Part shown: in pieces, positions 1-13,091 of the stretch
How the letters are laid out: each line of letters begins with the position of its first letter
Numbering within the stretch: the first letter of the stretch is position 1
Source of the DNA: Rhina ancylostomus
Lineage: Eukaryota
Direction of reading: 5' to 3'
DNA length: 64,000 bases
Assembly (NCBI GenBank): GCA_030265395.1
Contig: JARFYF010000059.1
Location: forward strand, 11,394,886-11,458,885
Notes under the pieces: model-generated
Database searches by the model: none
Seen by the model: only the letters and a program-made list of their open reading frames with translations
Told to the model about the DNA's origin: nothing
Translations under genes and position numbers: made by a program

Positions 1-370
1 TCAGGGGTAAGTTTTTTACTCAGAGAGTGGTGAGTGCGTAGAATGGGCTGCCAGCAACGGTGGTGGAGGTGGATACGATAGGGTCTTTTAAGAGACTTTT
101 GGATAGGAGTTGGACTATGGAGCTGAATAAAATGGAGGGCTATGAGTAGGTCTGATAATTTCTAGGTTAGGGACATGTTCGGCACAGCTTTGTGGGCCAT
201 GGGGCCTGAATTGTGCTGTAGTTTTTCTATGTTTCTATGATTCTAGGTACATGGAGCTTAGAAAAATAGAGGGCAATGAGTAAGCCTAGTAATTTCTAAG
301 GTAGGGATATGTTCAGCACAACTTTGTGGGCCGAAGGGCCCGAATTGTGCTGTAGGTTTTCTATGTTTCT
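1..370 (+). mobile_element. CR1 LINE 3' end with a second 3' tail nested inside
   Basis: Translates RGKFFTQRVVSA*NGLPATVVEVDTIGSFKRLLDR (CR1 ORF2 C-terminus). Two similar 3' UTRs, each ending in a tttctatg-type microsatellite tail. Confidence 0.85.
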
Positions 371-599
371 ATCTTGTCAAAGGCGAATAGGGATAAGCAA
401 CAAATGCTGGCTTTGTGAGCAATGCCTACATCCCATAGCTGAAATAAATTCATGAAGCCTCCATTAACCACTAAAAAATATTTTAGCTTTATAAGAACTG
501 GCAGCTCAGAGTGGCTCAGCCCCACAGATATAATTTTCCTTTGTAAAAGATGGTAGAATGAAACATCCTCATCCCTGACTACACCAAACACTGATTCAG
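371..599. repeat. Local repeat unit with inverted copies at 1272-1453 and 2008-2140
   Basis: Direct reverse-complement comparison, e.g. agaactggcagctcagagtggctcagccccacagat versus atctgtggggctgagccgctctgagctgccagttct. Confidence 0.85.
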
Positions 600-2144
600 A
601 TTCCTACAAATAAGTTATACCTTTGCAGACAAGTTAATGTAGGCTGTCACAGGCACTGCCATGTGTGGGAGCTGAACCATATCAGTTCATAATCACAGGT
701 TCCGGCAATGTTTGCTGTACATATCACCTCAGAGTACCTCAATGTCAAACCTCACACAGTGCACTGAAAAATGAGTTCAATATAAATGTATTTATGTTTC
801 TTTCTTAGTGCTGCAGGCAGTTATCTCCATTAGAATGTAAACCAGTTATGCATACTTGAAAAATGGAAAAGGAACAGATTTAAGATGGGGTGGGGGTAAT
901 ACAAAGACCAGATGCAAGAGATGGGTATGTGAAATTTTCATCTCTTGCTTTGAAATGATCATTTGAAGGATTCCTGCTGACCTCCATAAACATAAGCTCG
1001 TCCAAAACTCCCCTGTTGGTGTCCTGACTCACAAGTTCCATCATCCATCTTCCCTGTGCTCACCAACCCACACTGGCTCATAAGCATTACCTCAATATTA
1101 AAGTTCTCATCCTTCTTTCCAAATCCTTCCAGGTCGTTATTCCTCCCTGCGCACACTCCTCCAGTTCTTAAGAGCTCCCTTATTTTAAATGCTTCACCAA
1201 TGGCATCCTTGGCTTTTGCTGCCTTGATTCTGGAACTAGCTTATGAAACCTCCCCACTGAGAACTTGAGTGACCATCTTTTATGAAGAAAAATATCTGTG
1301 GGGCTGAGCCGCTCTGAGCTGCCAGTTCTTATAAAGCTAAAATATTTTTTTAATGGTTAATGGAGGCTTCACAGATTTAATTCAGCTACAAGATGTGGGC
1401 ATCACCGACAAAGCCAGTATTTATTGATTATCCCTATTCGCCCTTGATAAGATGATGTTGTACCATCTCTTTGAACTGATNNNNNNNNNNNNNNNNNNNN
1501 NNNNNNNNNNNNNNNNNNNNNNNNNNNNNNNNNNNNNNNNNNNNNNNNNNNNNNNNNNNNNNNNNNNNNNNNNNNNNNNNCATCACCGACAAAGCCAGTA
1601 TTTATTGCTTATCCCTATTCGCCCTTGAGAAGATGATGGTGTACCATCTCTTTGAACTGCTGCAGTTCAAGATTCGACTAGCATCTTTAACATTGCCTCA
1701 TGTAGATCAGTCAAATTGTCTTGGTAATCCTGTTGTGAATGAGTTTAGGGTGTTCCATATTGTTAAAGGCACTACAAACCAGAAATTGGATTACACCCAT
1801 TTTTAATGTGCTAAATTGCTACTATGATTTGACTTATCAATAAATTAGGGGACGTGCAAAATTAAACTACCCTTGCAGTTTCGGCCTCCCTTTCCAGTCC
1901 CGTTGGTAGATAAGACAGTGGATCCGGTACAGAGACTTTGCCCAGCTGTTTTCCTCATCAAACTCCCCTCTTCAAGCCCTCTGGATTCAAGGGCTCTTAT
2001 TTTTTCCCTGAATCAGTGTTTGCTATAGCCAGGGATGAGGATGTTTCATTCTGACCATCTTTTACAAAGGAAAATTATATCTGTGAGACTCAGCCACTCT
2101 GAGCTGCCAGTTCTTAAAAAGCTAAAATATTTTTTAATGGAACC

Positions 2145-3260
2145 TGCTGCAGTCTTTGGATACAGACTGCACACAATGATGAATATTGCACCCTTGTTTG
2201 GGAAATACGTAGTGTGTCCCCGGACAACACAAACCATAAAATCTCTTCATCAGCAACTCCATCATGTTTACCGTCACCCAGAAGGTTCAGTGACTGCCGT
2301 GGTACTGGTGCTCTGAAACTAGGGTGGTTGTCTGTACTGGTGTGACGAATCAAGAAAGGGAAGGTGAACTCTTGCCACCCTCTCAAAATCCATCTCTTGG
2401 AGTAGTGGAGGCCACTGAAAACTACTGATACTTCGCTCTGCCTCAGGATGGATGCATCTTGGCTGCTGCCAGGAAACATAGCATCCACCATGAGGATAAG
2501 CTCCTGGTGATCTAAGCCTAACTGCATGGTGGAGGAATGGAAACCCATGCCATTGAGGAAAAGGCCAGGTTATCAAGCAGGGCCTCAAATGAAGCCCAAA
2601 TGCTGTCAACAGCTGCCTGCATTCATGGGAAGCCAGCAATGTTGGCAAAGGCCACTGCCAAGGATACCCCGTGCTCCTCACTGAAGTCGAGGTGAATGAG
2701 TTCAGCTCTCTTTTTAATTAGCATGTCCACCTCACTGATTCTGAAGTGAGCAGCAGATAGGAAAATGTGGCAGAGATCTGCAGTGGGTAATTTGAAAGTG
2801 TCCAGAAATTAATAGAAATATTGAAAAAGAAAGAAAGGGTCCTGTGATTAGGAAGTTAAGAACAAGGTCACCATGCTCATGTTGGAAAAGGCTGCCCAGG
2901 CAGGAGAGTGAGGCCTTTCTGCATATGTTGTGAGGAAAGCCCTGAAAAAGCAGAGCCTGCAAAAGGCATTGTTAGTCTAATGAGAGGTGGTCTGTCTGAA
3001 GAGACCCTGTGGGAGTAGGGTCTTGATTGACATGCTTGCCTCATCAGTCATTACCAAGGCAACCCCCCCTAATGATAAATGGCTGTCAATGGTGTGGTTA
3101 TGAATGCCCCATGGAATCAGTATGTGAGCAGCTACATGGTGTAAAAAGTGCTCACTGAGAATTGCAGCACACCCTGTGGACTGGGAAAGGTGTCTGTGAA
3201 AGCAGCCTGTAAGAACATTGAAGGTCAGGGCAGCCAATGCCTCCAATGTATCCCTCTATA
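2145..3260 (-). mobile_element. Decayed PIF/Harbinger transposase (DDE_Tnp_4/HARBI1-like)
   Basis: Frameshifted minus-strand motifs in the expected order: FANIAGFP*MQAAVD, GFHSSTMQLGLDHQELILMVDAMFPGSSQDASILRQS, MELLMKRF..SGDTL..IIVCSL. Family pattern: FAxIAGFPxVQGAID, GFHSxNVQLVCD..YPGSxHDAFIL, IGLLKxRFRCL. Confidence 0.75.
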
Positions 3261-4979
3261 TAGGCAGGTGGAAGACATCAACACAACACCTTGTGGAATT
3301 GAGAAGAAACATGAAAGAGATAAGTTGCACATAGGAAGTCCAATATATGCCATTAACAGCAGAGGTGATAGTTGTACACATTGATGATGTTATCCAGACC
3401 ACTGAGCTTGAGGGATAATGCTTGGTGCTGAGAGTGATGTGTGCTTGGAAATGCCTTGTCCAATTTCCACACTGATGGGACATCACCAGAATAACAAATA
3501 CAAACATTGCAAAATGGGGCAAAGTCACATTTTATGCAGAACTTACGCATAAAGAACAAGCATGAATGGATTTTGTCTCGTCCAATTTCTAGGTCAAGCT
3601 GTTGTTAAATGAATCATTATCTAAAGGATAAAGAATTGACAGTCTTCGATTGTTGTTCCTACTTTAACCAGAATATGTGAATATTATTTTCCTCATGTGA
3701 CATCCCAACATACTAATCAAATTCTAAAAACATGCTAATCAGGCTCCAACAACCTACTTGCTTGGAAAACTGTTATTGCTGATCCAGACATAAGAGCAAA
3801 CTGCACTCCATAAACAATTCATGCAATGTGTACCTCAGGCTGAACTCAGAGGATTACTGCTTGCATAGTATGAATAGGTACTGTACTGCAAGTATGTGTG
3901 TTGTAGAAGATGAGGAGTGGGCACCTGCTGGTTCTCAAGCAGGCATGGAGCTCTTCTGTGCCAGAAGGGATTCTGGGCCACCCTCAAAGACCTCTGCAAT
4001 ACCCCACAGAATACATGTGGTATTTCATCTGGGCTGAAAACATCAACTAATCACCCAGCCACATTCCCCTGGTGCCCATCTTACTTGTTCTCATGCCCCA
4101 CTGCCGTGCACTACATCAGAATGCCTGGTGCAAAGTCACCAACTCTAAGTGGCTGAAGCTGCAGCTGGTCCCTATGAACTCATTGGTGGCCTCATTAATG
4201 GGGTGTAGATAGATCATGTCCCTGCTCCTCTCCATCTCCTCCTGTGCAGGATGAAGAAACCATGAAGTTCCCACCCATGTAGTGCCACTCTGAAATACAT
4301 ACCAGTTACACTTGCAACCACAGTACACATTCTCTTTAAGAGGTATGTGCAATGGAAGCTAATTTTAACATGAAATTGAGTCCTCTGCTAGCACTGGGGC
4401 ACTGGATAGATGAGTGCTCAGTGTGAGTGCAGTACTCCCCCTGAGTCAGTTTAAATGGCCACTGGTTAGTTGTACAAAGTGCTGGCTGTGCCCTTCTATG
4501 GTGAGTGTCCAATTTTGCCATTCCAATTTTTCATTTTGCAGCCAAACTCTGAAGTAAGCTCTCATATCTCATGAAGGGTTGTGGGGGTGGGAATGGTAGT
4601 GGGTGGCTGTTCATCTCTAAATATTGCCATCTTCCTGCAAACATCTTGCTTTAATAATGCAGCAATCAAAGGGCATGAATTTATCTATTTTAAGGTTTGT
4701 CGCTCCACATATGTCAACATTCCACCTACAGTGCTCTAGCCAAAGAAAAAACTGTTCCAATCAAAAACGCATACATGAGCAGTATGAAATATCTACTGCA
4801 GCTATTTCCTGCTCTTGGGACCGGACATTTATCTGCAAAGGTCAAAATTACGAGCAGAACAAGGACAGTTTCCAGGTGATATTGGAGTTTTTTTCAATTT
4901 AAAGTTAAACAAGGTGACATCTCACTATTTTGCTGGCAAGATTTGAAAGCAGAGTTTGGTAAGCAATCAAGATTAACAA

Positions 4980-5407
4980 GATTAAGGACCTTCACCACCA
5001 GGGGCATGCCCTCTTCACGTTACTATCATCGGGGAGGGGTACAGGAGCCTGAAGACCCACACTTAGCATTTCAGGAACAGCTTCTTCCCCTCCACCATCA
5101 GATTTCTGAACAGCCATGAACACTACCTCGTTATTCCTCTTTTGCACTACTTATTTATTTCTGGAACNNNNNNNNNNNNNNNNNNNNNNNNNNNNNNNNN
5201 NNNNNNNNNNNNNNNNNNNNNNNNNNNNNNNNNNNNNNNNNNNNNNNNNNNNNNNNNNNNNNNNNNNGTTATTCCTCTTTTGCACTACTTATTTATTTCT
5301 GGAACTTATGGTAATTTTTATGTCTTTATGTCTTGCACTGTACTGCTGCCATAAAACAATAAATTTCACGACATACGTACATCAGTGATAATAAACTATT
5401 TCTGATA
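4980..5407 (+). mobile_element. Rex1/Babar LINE 3' end
   Basis: IKDLHHQGHALFTLLSSGRGYRSLKTHT*HFRNSFFPSTIRFLN followed by a 3' UTR ending aataaactattctga; spans a 100-N gap. Confidence 0.75.
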
Positions 5408-7339
5408 TGAACACCAAAGGGATTCATGACAGAAAAAGCATGTGAATTATTATTGAGTGAAAGGTACTGAAGAACCCCTCCAAAATCAGAAAAAGAGCTA
5501 ATTCTGGGATTTGAATCTCTAAGAGGGAGCCCCTGTTCAAATTGAGTCAGAGAAAGGACTTCATCATTGGACTCACGCATTCCCCCACTCCATTTTGTTC
5601 AAACACAGCTCCCAGCTAGGAAGAGGATCTCAGAATTATATCTGTCCCTTGCCCAACCAGAGGAAAGCTGAGTGAAGGGAGGAGGGCACCATCTTTTCTT
5701 TTTGGAAATGTTTCACCTCTCCAAACTGGCAATTGCTTCTGATCCCAGCCATAAATTTGGAAATGAGGAGATGAAAGGGAAGTCAGACATGGTATCCCTA
5801 CCCAATGACTGATTGTGGAATAAGCCTGCAGCGTAATAAAAGTCATTGAAACAATTTGTAAAAATGTCACAGTTCTGGAGAGTCAACAGATCCTTCTTCA
5901 GTCTGACATCCATTTTGTTCTGACTATGCATTTGTGATGTGCCTTGATACATCTTTTTACATTAAAGCCACTTTATAATTTTAAATTCTTCTTGATGGAA
6001 GATTTCAAGTAAAGGTTTGGGAAGGTTGAGGTCTATTGAACAGGTTTGATGGTCTGAGTGGCATATGTCTCAATTCCTGCATGTTCCCCTTATACAGCCT
6101 TCAAGTCTGGATTGGTCAACATTGCAAAGTGATGACATAATTCACCGAGCTGCTCTAATTACCCTGTTCACAGTAAATAGCAATAACGTCATGAAATGGG
6201 CCACAGCCTCTGACCAGTAGATTCGATTTCCAAGGTCTTTGAGAAGGGTGTATCAGTTTGCAAGTTATCTTTAACCATCAATTTTAAAATACAAAAGCAA
6301 GTGGAGATTTACAGGCAGCCAGTCAACAGAAAGCCAGTTTTGTATGACAGTTTAGGATACAGCTAACTATTCTTCACCTTTAACCTTGCATTTCATTACT
6401 TATAAAGTTTGCTGCTTGTCTTGAGTGTGCTGACTGTGGATATGGAAAATGTCACCGTGGCACAGGGAGACATCAAAAGTAAAATGTTTTCCTTTCANNN
6501 NNNNNNNNNNNNNNNNNNNNNNNNNNNNNNNNNNNNNNNNNNNNNNNNNNNNNNNNNNNNNNNNNNNNNNNNNNNNNNNNNNNNNNNNNNNNNNNNNTGA
6601 AGAAGATGGAATTCAATAGGAGAGAACTGTAGACCATGGAATAAAGGGAAGGTCAGGAATAAGTGGGCAGGTCATGAGGGTGGGTGAGGGGATAAAGAAG
6701 GGATGAGGGGACTGCAGAAATGAGGGAAAACGTGGGGAGGGGGTGGGTAGGAGTTTCATCCAGCCAGCCACCGCTTCTAAACCTAGTCATGTTTGTGCTT
6801 TCAAATGTTTTAGTCAGTTGTGTTGCATGACAATGGGGTCTCTGTATCTTATAAATAATGCATTGGCCTTGGCAGAGAAGGAAAATATAACAAGATCCTA
6901 TTAATTCACCAGCTTCTGGCACGAGCCAGTCAGGCAAAATGCAAATAAGAAGTAAAGTAAAAGAGTTCCATTAACTCTTCAACCCTCCACATTCCCAGTA
7001 TGATAAGAGCAGAGAGCTCTACTTTGGTAACTGTGACCCTCATGAATTATACATGAATCTCTCTTAGGTGTACAGCTGCCAATGAGGCACTTGCTTATAA
7101 GGTATTTTAAGACATCAAGAAAGTGGCAGTACTAGTTGAGGTCTGGCAGATTTAGAATACATGATAGGAGACTCATTTCATCCTGATCTAAGGTTTCTCC
7201 TGCTTGTAACAACTGATATCATTCACATGAATAAGTTATTGTTTCAACCTGCTCACCTCATCAGAATGACTGAACATGGCCATCATCTCTTGGTGACTGT
7301 GAGGGGCAGCAGACTGCATAGAATAGCCAAGTGGTTGAC

Positions 7340-7585
7340 CTGCACGAAAAGAAACACTTGCATTACTGCAGTACTTCTCACATTTTCCTGAGGGCTCACA
7401 GTGTTTTACACTTGGTAAAGAAATATAGTCACTGCATAATGTGGTAAACACTAATTTATGCACAGCAAGCTGCTGCAAACAGCAACAGACTAAAGAAACT
7501 GTTTTTGTGACTATGGGATAAATCCCTTCCTTTTTTAATAGTGTGCTTACCTTTACCTGAAAAGGCAGATGAGGCCTCAGTTTGC
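7340..7585 (-). mobile_element. Deu-domain SINE fragment (SacSINE1/AmnSINE1-like)
   Basis: Reverse complement resembles the Deu core (gcagcttgctgtgcataaatt..cattatgcagtgact..taatgcaagt). The head probably continues at 7969-8052 after a Penelope-like insertion. Confidence 0.55.
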
Positions 7586-7589
7586 TTCC

Positions 7590-7960
7590 CTACTGTTCCC
7601 ATCTGCCCATCCCACTTTTCTCATCAGTTTCTATGCTCCACCTTCCCTTCCTATCAGATTCCCATCTGCAGCCATTTATTCCCTCCACCTATCGCTTCCT
7701 AGCCTCTCTTGCTAGCTCCACCCTTCCCTACCCCATTTGACTCCATCTGCCAGCCGACCCCTCCTCACTTCAATCCAGCTATCACTTGCCAGCTCTTGCC
7801 TCACTCATTCCCCTCACCCTGGCCATCTCTTCTCTACCCTTTCAGTCCAGCCCCGAAATGGTGACTGTCCTTTTCCCTCTACAGATGCTGCCTGACCTGC
7901 TGAGTTCCTCCAATTATTTGGTTTTCGTTTCAGATTCCAGCATCTGCAGTCTCTTGTGTA
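7590..7960 (+). mobile_element. Penelope-like element terminal (pLTR) fragment
   Basis: Pyrimidine-rich tract, remnant hammerhead motif (cagtc..cccgaaatggtgactg) and the recurrent tail acagatgctgcctgacctgctgagttcctcca. Confidence 0.65.
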
Positions 7961-9159
7961 TCCTGAGTATACTCCCTCAGTACTGCACTGTAGAGTAGGG
8001 TTTGAGCTCACAACCTTCTAACTCACAGGTTGAGAATGCTACCAACTGAACCTCTGGTATCAGGCTCAGACTGTGCAGGTAGCCTGGGAGAACAGAGCTC
8101 AAGGATATGAGTAAATCATGGACCATGAGGTTTGACCACAAGTATACCCCAATTGCACTGACGGAAGTAGGGCAACTAACACAAATGTTGCCAGTAATTT
8201 TACCATTGCAGTCACGTTCTGATGAATGACCTCAGGAGGCAAGTAAGCTATATTGTTTACTTAGGAAAGACACTTTGCAACAAAGGCACATTTTTAAAGA
8301 CAAAGGGGTTCTAGAGTGCTTGGTGACGCTGGTTGACTCGAGTACTTCTCACAGCGATCTAAAGCCAAATGTACCCCCCAATTAGGGAATGAAGNNNNNN
8401 NNNNNNNNNGGTCATTGACTAAGGAAAGTTATCTGTGGGAGGAGTTTCAACTCAAGTTTTATTGTGAGCAGGGATTACGCTTAACTCTGCACAAACTGGG
8501 CAATCTTCCTGAGAAAAGTTGAAAGTCAATGAGCTCAGGGAATGGAATCCATGGCAGATACACTTGGCGATGTGCATAGAAAAGCAATAGATGCCAGAAC
8601 TTTTATAGTATCTTGGTACATCTTTCACATCTAGTGAGCTATTTCATTCTGTGACTCTATGGAATGCCTGAAGGTTCACACAGTAACTCACTGGAAGGGT
8701 ACAGCCACTCTATGCCATTCATAAATGACAAGGAAATGAAAGACCAGTTTTCCTGATTTTGATGATATTTATTAATCAGTACACCCAGGCATTCACTGCT
8801 CTTCCCAAAATAATGATAAATTATGTTGTATATTTCTACAGAAGCTATGAATGTTTAAGCACTGTATAGGTATGGTAGCATGTCCATCCACCCCAACTTG
8901 TCCATCTGAACTGAGACAATTCTCTTGTAAGCCACTTAATGCTTCTGTTCCAATTTCCGACTCCTTGTCAGCCTCTACTAATTGTTTTCCCTCGTGGAGA
9001 GGCCAGTGCATTCAATGCTAACTATATATAACCCTGTAGCTGAGAATTTGGGTACTACCCAATTGGTTGCCAAGAAGACTGCAGTGACCCTGTGTTTACC
9101 ACAGATATAGCAGAGACAGGGTGACACAGACTTAAATCATAGCCAGAAGAATTAGGGGA

Positions 9160-10020
9160 GAATTGAGAAAAAAATGGATCACTCAGTGAATGATAAGTAT
9201 TTGCAACTTGTTACCTGAAAGGACAGTGGAGGCAGAAACTATTGCCAAATTTAGTGAGTACCAGGATGGGCACTTGAAGAGCCATAATCGGTAGGGCAAT
9301 GGGCCAAGTGCATGAAGTATGTTTAACCTGAAGTTTACTTTGTTCTTCATTAACATAAATGGGCCATATGGCTTCCTTCTGTGCTGTAAATTTTCATGAC
9401 TGTATGTTAATATTAGTTTGGAAAGCCACAGCCATGATTAACAAATTAAAAAGAGAGTTAGGTATGTATTTGGAAAATATATCTATTAAGGGGTATAGTC
9501 AGAGACCAGTGATGTTAAACCTATTATGAACTGATTCCCACACTTTATTAGACGATTGCTCAGAGTGAGTGAGTTATGTTCTGAGCAACAATAGTCAGGC
9601 TAACATTGTATCTGATAAGGTCCAGAAGGGTGAGGAGTGATTTGACTGAAACATTTAGGATCCTGAGAGGTGTTGACAAGGAGGATATGAAGAGGACATT
9701 TCCTCTTATGAGAGGTCTGGAACTAGGGGTTGCTGTGTAAAAATGAGGGATTGGCCACTTAAGAGTGAGATAAAGTGAAATTCTTTCTCTTAAATGATCA
9801 TGAGCCTTTTAAACCTCTCTCAAAAGGTGGCACAAACAGAGTCTTTGAATACTTTGAAGGCAAAGGTGTTAAGATTCTTGATGAATGAGGGGGTGAAAGG
9901 TTATCATGGGTACACTGGAACACAGCATTGAGGTTACAAGCAGGTTAGTTATGATCTTACTAAATAATGAAGCAGGCTTGAGAGGCTGGATGGCTGGGAT
10001 GTACTCCTAATTTGGATGTT
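9160..10020 (+). mobile_element. Cluster of decayed CR1 3' fragments
   Basis: Degenerate LRGDLIETFKIL/RTRGH/FFSQRV-type remnants at about 9160-9400 and 9620-10020, with CR1 3' UTR motifs. Confidence 0.65.
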
Positions 10021-11291
10021 TGGTTGTGAGGTAACAGGAGTAACTAAAATAGCAGACAACCATAATAGAGTCATTCACATCCTCCTAACACTGTGTAAAT
10101 TCTCTATTTGTATGTTCTTTAAATTTTGGTAAAAATCTTGAATAATAGTGAGCTCACAGGTCCTTGCAGAATGGTGCGTGGGCTAAGGCACTAGAGCAGT
10201 CTGTGCTTGGCTCAGGCTATTGTCAGCCACTTTAATATCTTGGCAATACTTCCATCAAAGTGTAAAATCTGCATGAAATGATGGTTCTGGCCAGAGCTTC
10301 CAACATGGATGTCCAACAGAGTTCCTAGCTGGCTCTAAAATGGCATTGTGCCATGGGGAAATTTCCAAGACACCTGCAAAAAGATCACCTTCTGGCAGTG
10401 GAGTAGCCTGGTCCNNNNNNNNNNCTTTGACATCTGACATTACTGAGGAGTCCATCCTCCCAGATGCTCCAGTGTAGAAACAAAATCTTGGCTGGAGCCA
10501 AATCAGAATGATGATTGGCTCCGCAACAAACTGTTTATTCCCTCAACTGTTTGCCTCCAAAATGTTCTCCTCATGGGTGTCCATTATTTTTGCTGCACTA
10601 ATTGAAGTAAAAGATTTGATTTTCAGTCCAAATGCTTCATGTGGTTTCTATTTGCATCGACTACTCCAGCTTCAAATTGTGCACACTTCATCCACAGGGG
10701 AAGGAACAGTTATCACCCACATGGTTAAACACGGTGCACAGCTCCTGAGACTCCCTCTTACTGAATTGTGGCAAATGCGACAAATTTTCAATTTTGCTTC
10801 TTCCTGTTAATCTTGTGCTTTGTACCTCTGAACTGGCCTTAACTCCAAAAGTTCTGCATTTACATTTAAAAATATCAAATTTCTGTTTCTTTCTTTAACC
10901 ATGTTATATTTGCTCTATCAAATTTAGAAGAGTGGTGTCTATTTGTCACAGCTCATATTAAACTTTGGACAAAAAGGACTGGTCTCCAAAAAATCACTCA
11001 ACTTAAATTTTGTACAAAGGGCTCTTTGTACTTACATAACAATAAGCTTCCCTTCAGTCCTGATGGGGAACTGGAAGCCCACCTCTTTGTCGCTTTATGA
11101 TGCGATCACAATATGTGAGCAAGTGTTGTTAACATTATAGAGAGCAACTGACTAAGGTAGTCTGGAACCCCTTTAACATTAGAAAGCTACTTCTTTCCTT
11201 CATTCAACACCCAGAAGGAAGACATAATCAGCATCTCAAGCCTTGTGTCTTCAAGAAGGCCAGATCAAGGAAAAGTGGGGAGATGCTGGAG

Positions 11292-11665
11292 AGTGACACA
11301 GTGGTGTAACAGTAGTGCTACTGCCTCACAACTCCAGCAACCTGGATTCAATCCTGACCTCCAGTGGCATCTGTGTGGAGCTTTCATGTTCTTCTTGTGA
11401 CCACATAGGTTTTGCCTGGATGCTCTGGTTTTCTTCCATGTCCCAACAATGTGATGGTTAGGAGTTAGCTAGCTGCTCTAAATTACCCCTACTGTAAATG
11501 GATGGTAGGAGAAACATGTGGGACAGGGGGAAGGGGGGAGTAGTTCATAGGCATTTAAAAGATAATAGGTTACAAGGAAATAAGTGGGGTATTGGGATTG
11601 ATGGGATGAATCTGAGAGCCCGCATAGACTTGATTGGCCAAATACCCTCCCGTGTTGTCTGGAAA
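11292..11665 (+). mobile_element. tRNA-derived V-SINE (HE1-like)
   Basis: A-box-like agtggtgtaacagtag, B-box-like ggattcaatcc, V-domain-like tgtgtggagctttcatgttcttcttgtgacc..ctctggttttcttccatgtccca, and a CR1-type tail. Confidence 0.75.
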
Positions 11666-13091
11666 TATGGCTGGTAAGTACAGAAGGAAGAAAACTAAGA
11701 GGTGAATGAGGATCTATGAAGGCTGAATTTGTGGTTCTCTGTTTCAGAAGCATTTTTTGTGACTAGTGCATTCACTTAATTTTTCAGCAACAAGCATATC
11801 ATTTTTAATTGGGTGGTATTATTATTTTTCACTGGTCTTGATCCATTCTGTGTATTAGATTATTACTTTCTGGGTAGTTGCAACTTGCAAGAACTGATGG
11901 GTAATCAGTGTATGGCTTTGTCTACCAACTACAAGAAGGGCAGGAATTAAACATCAGTCTGTCAGCAAGACCACAGGCAGGTCTTAATAATGGTCTTAGT
12001 TTGATTGAGCTTCTGTGTGAACTGGACTTGTTCAGAGTTATATGCAGCCTGAAGTGTTTGAACCAAGTCACTCCTTACAGTGGGATTGACGGTAATTGTA
12101 CTAAGGCACCTCATTCCTTCTGTCTGCCAGCACCTTACTTTTTTTTAAAGATACACATAGCCTTTCAATTCTGCCTCTATGGCCCAACTTTAATACCACT
12201 GTCAAACAACGCACATTGTAACCAATATACAAATTGGCCAGCAATGTGCGAGGGGGGACATATCGTGACTGTGAAGCACTCAGGTTGCTGGATGATTTGT
12301 GCCATTAATTTCTTGGAAAAAGAAGCCATTTTAACCTCTGTGGATTTCAGACATCGTTGCATTTGCATGTTAATTGTCCATTAAATTTCCCTAGATATGT
12401 TACCTATTGTTGGATATCACTGCTGTGAAGCTCATTGGCATACATTACTACAGTAAAGATGATAGATGAATACAAGCAGTTGTTGTTGTGGCAAATAATA
12501 GCATACGCACTCTTGTAAAAATGTGGTAATTGTGAATGAATACCAATCAATCTAAAGCAAAAGTGAGGCTTGCATTCCCTCAGACTCTTAATTATTGTTA
12601 AAGATTTTCAAAAAGTCAAATTTTAAGTCTGACGTTTTGCTCTTTTCTTTTTATCTCTTTTACTTCTTCTTCCCCTCTCACTTCTCTTGCTCTGCCTGTT
12701 TTGACTCCAATTTACCTTCCTTCATAATCATTATTTATTTGTCAATCCCTTAGTGTCAACAGGTAAGAAGAATCACTATTTATCCTTTACTGAGGATCAG
12801 ATGCCTATTGTTGGCCTTGTTCATTATCACTTCCCACTTCTTACAGTTTAAAGGAGGCAAAATGAGTAAAAGAAAACTCAACGTGCATGGCAAGCAGAAT
12901 TTGTGGGGCAACATGTGAGATACCTGACTCCTGCCAAATTTGGGCCAATTTTGTGCAACTTTGTTGTGCAGGTGACCTGTGTAAGATAATTGAGACATAG
13001 AGTTTGCAGTGCTATTGTCTGCCCACCAGTATGAAAGATGAAACAGCAAAGATTTGGAAACTAATGGTGATGCTGGTCATTGTTCACACAG

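Noticed and set aside
371-1453. Single TIR DNA transposon defined by the 183-bp inverted pair
   Set aside because: The repeat includes a LINE tail, a third offset copy exists, and no TSD or transposase lies between the arms.
1401-1660. Direct repeats flanking 100-N gaps (also 5130-5307, 21117-21270 and 45644-45900)
   Set aside because: Near-identical sequence on both sides of fixed-length gaps is typical of unmerged contig overlaps or haplotypes in linked-read or short-read assemblies; treated as artefact.
11908-12384. 158-aa plus-strand ORF
   Set aside because: No recognisable domain, non-ATG start and no resemblance to the missing upstream IGSF21 exons.
1-13091. Upstream IGSF21 exons (e.g. 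the ..FSCEVKHPALSMP.. exon)
   Set aside because: Not found in the ORF track or by reading; presumably upstream of the window or in a gap.
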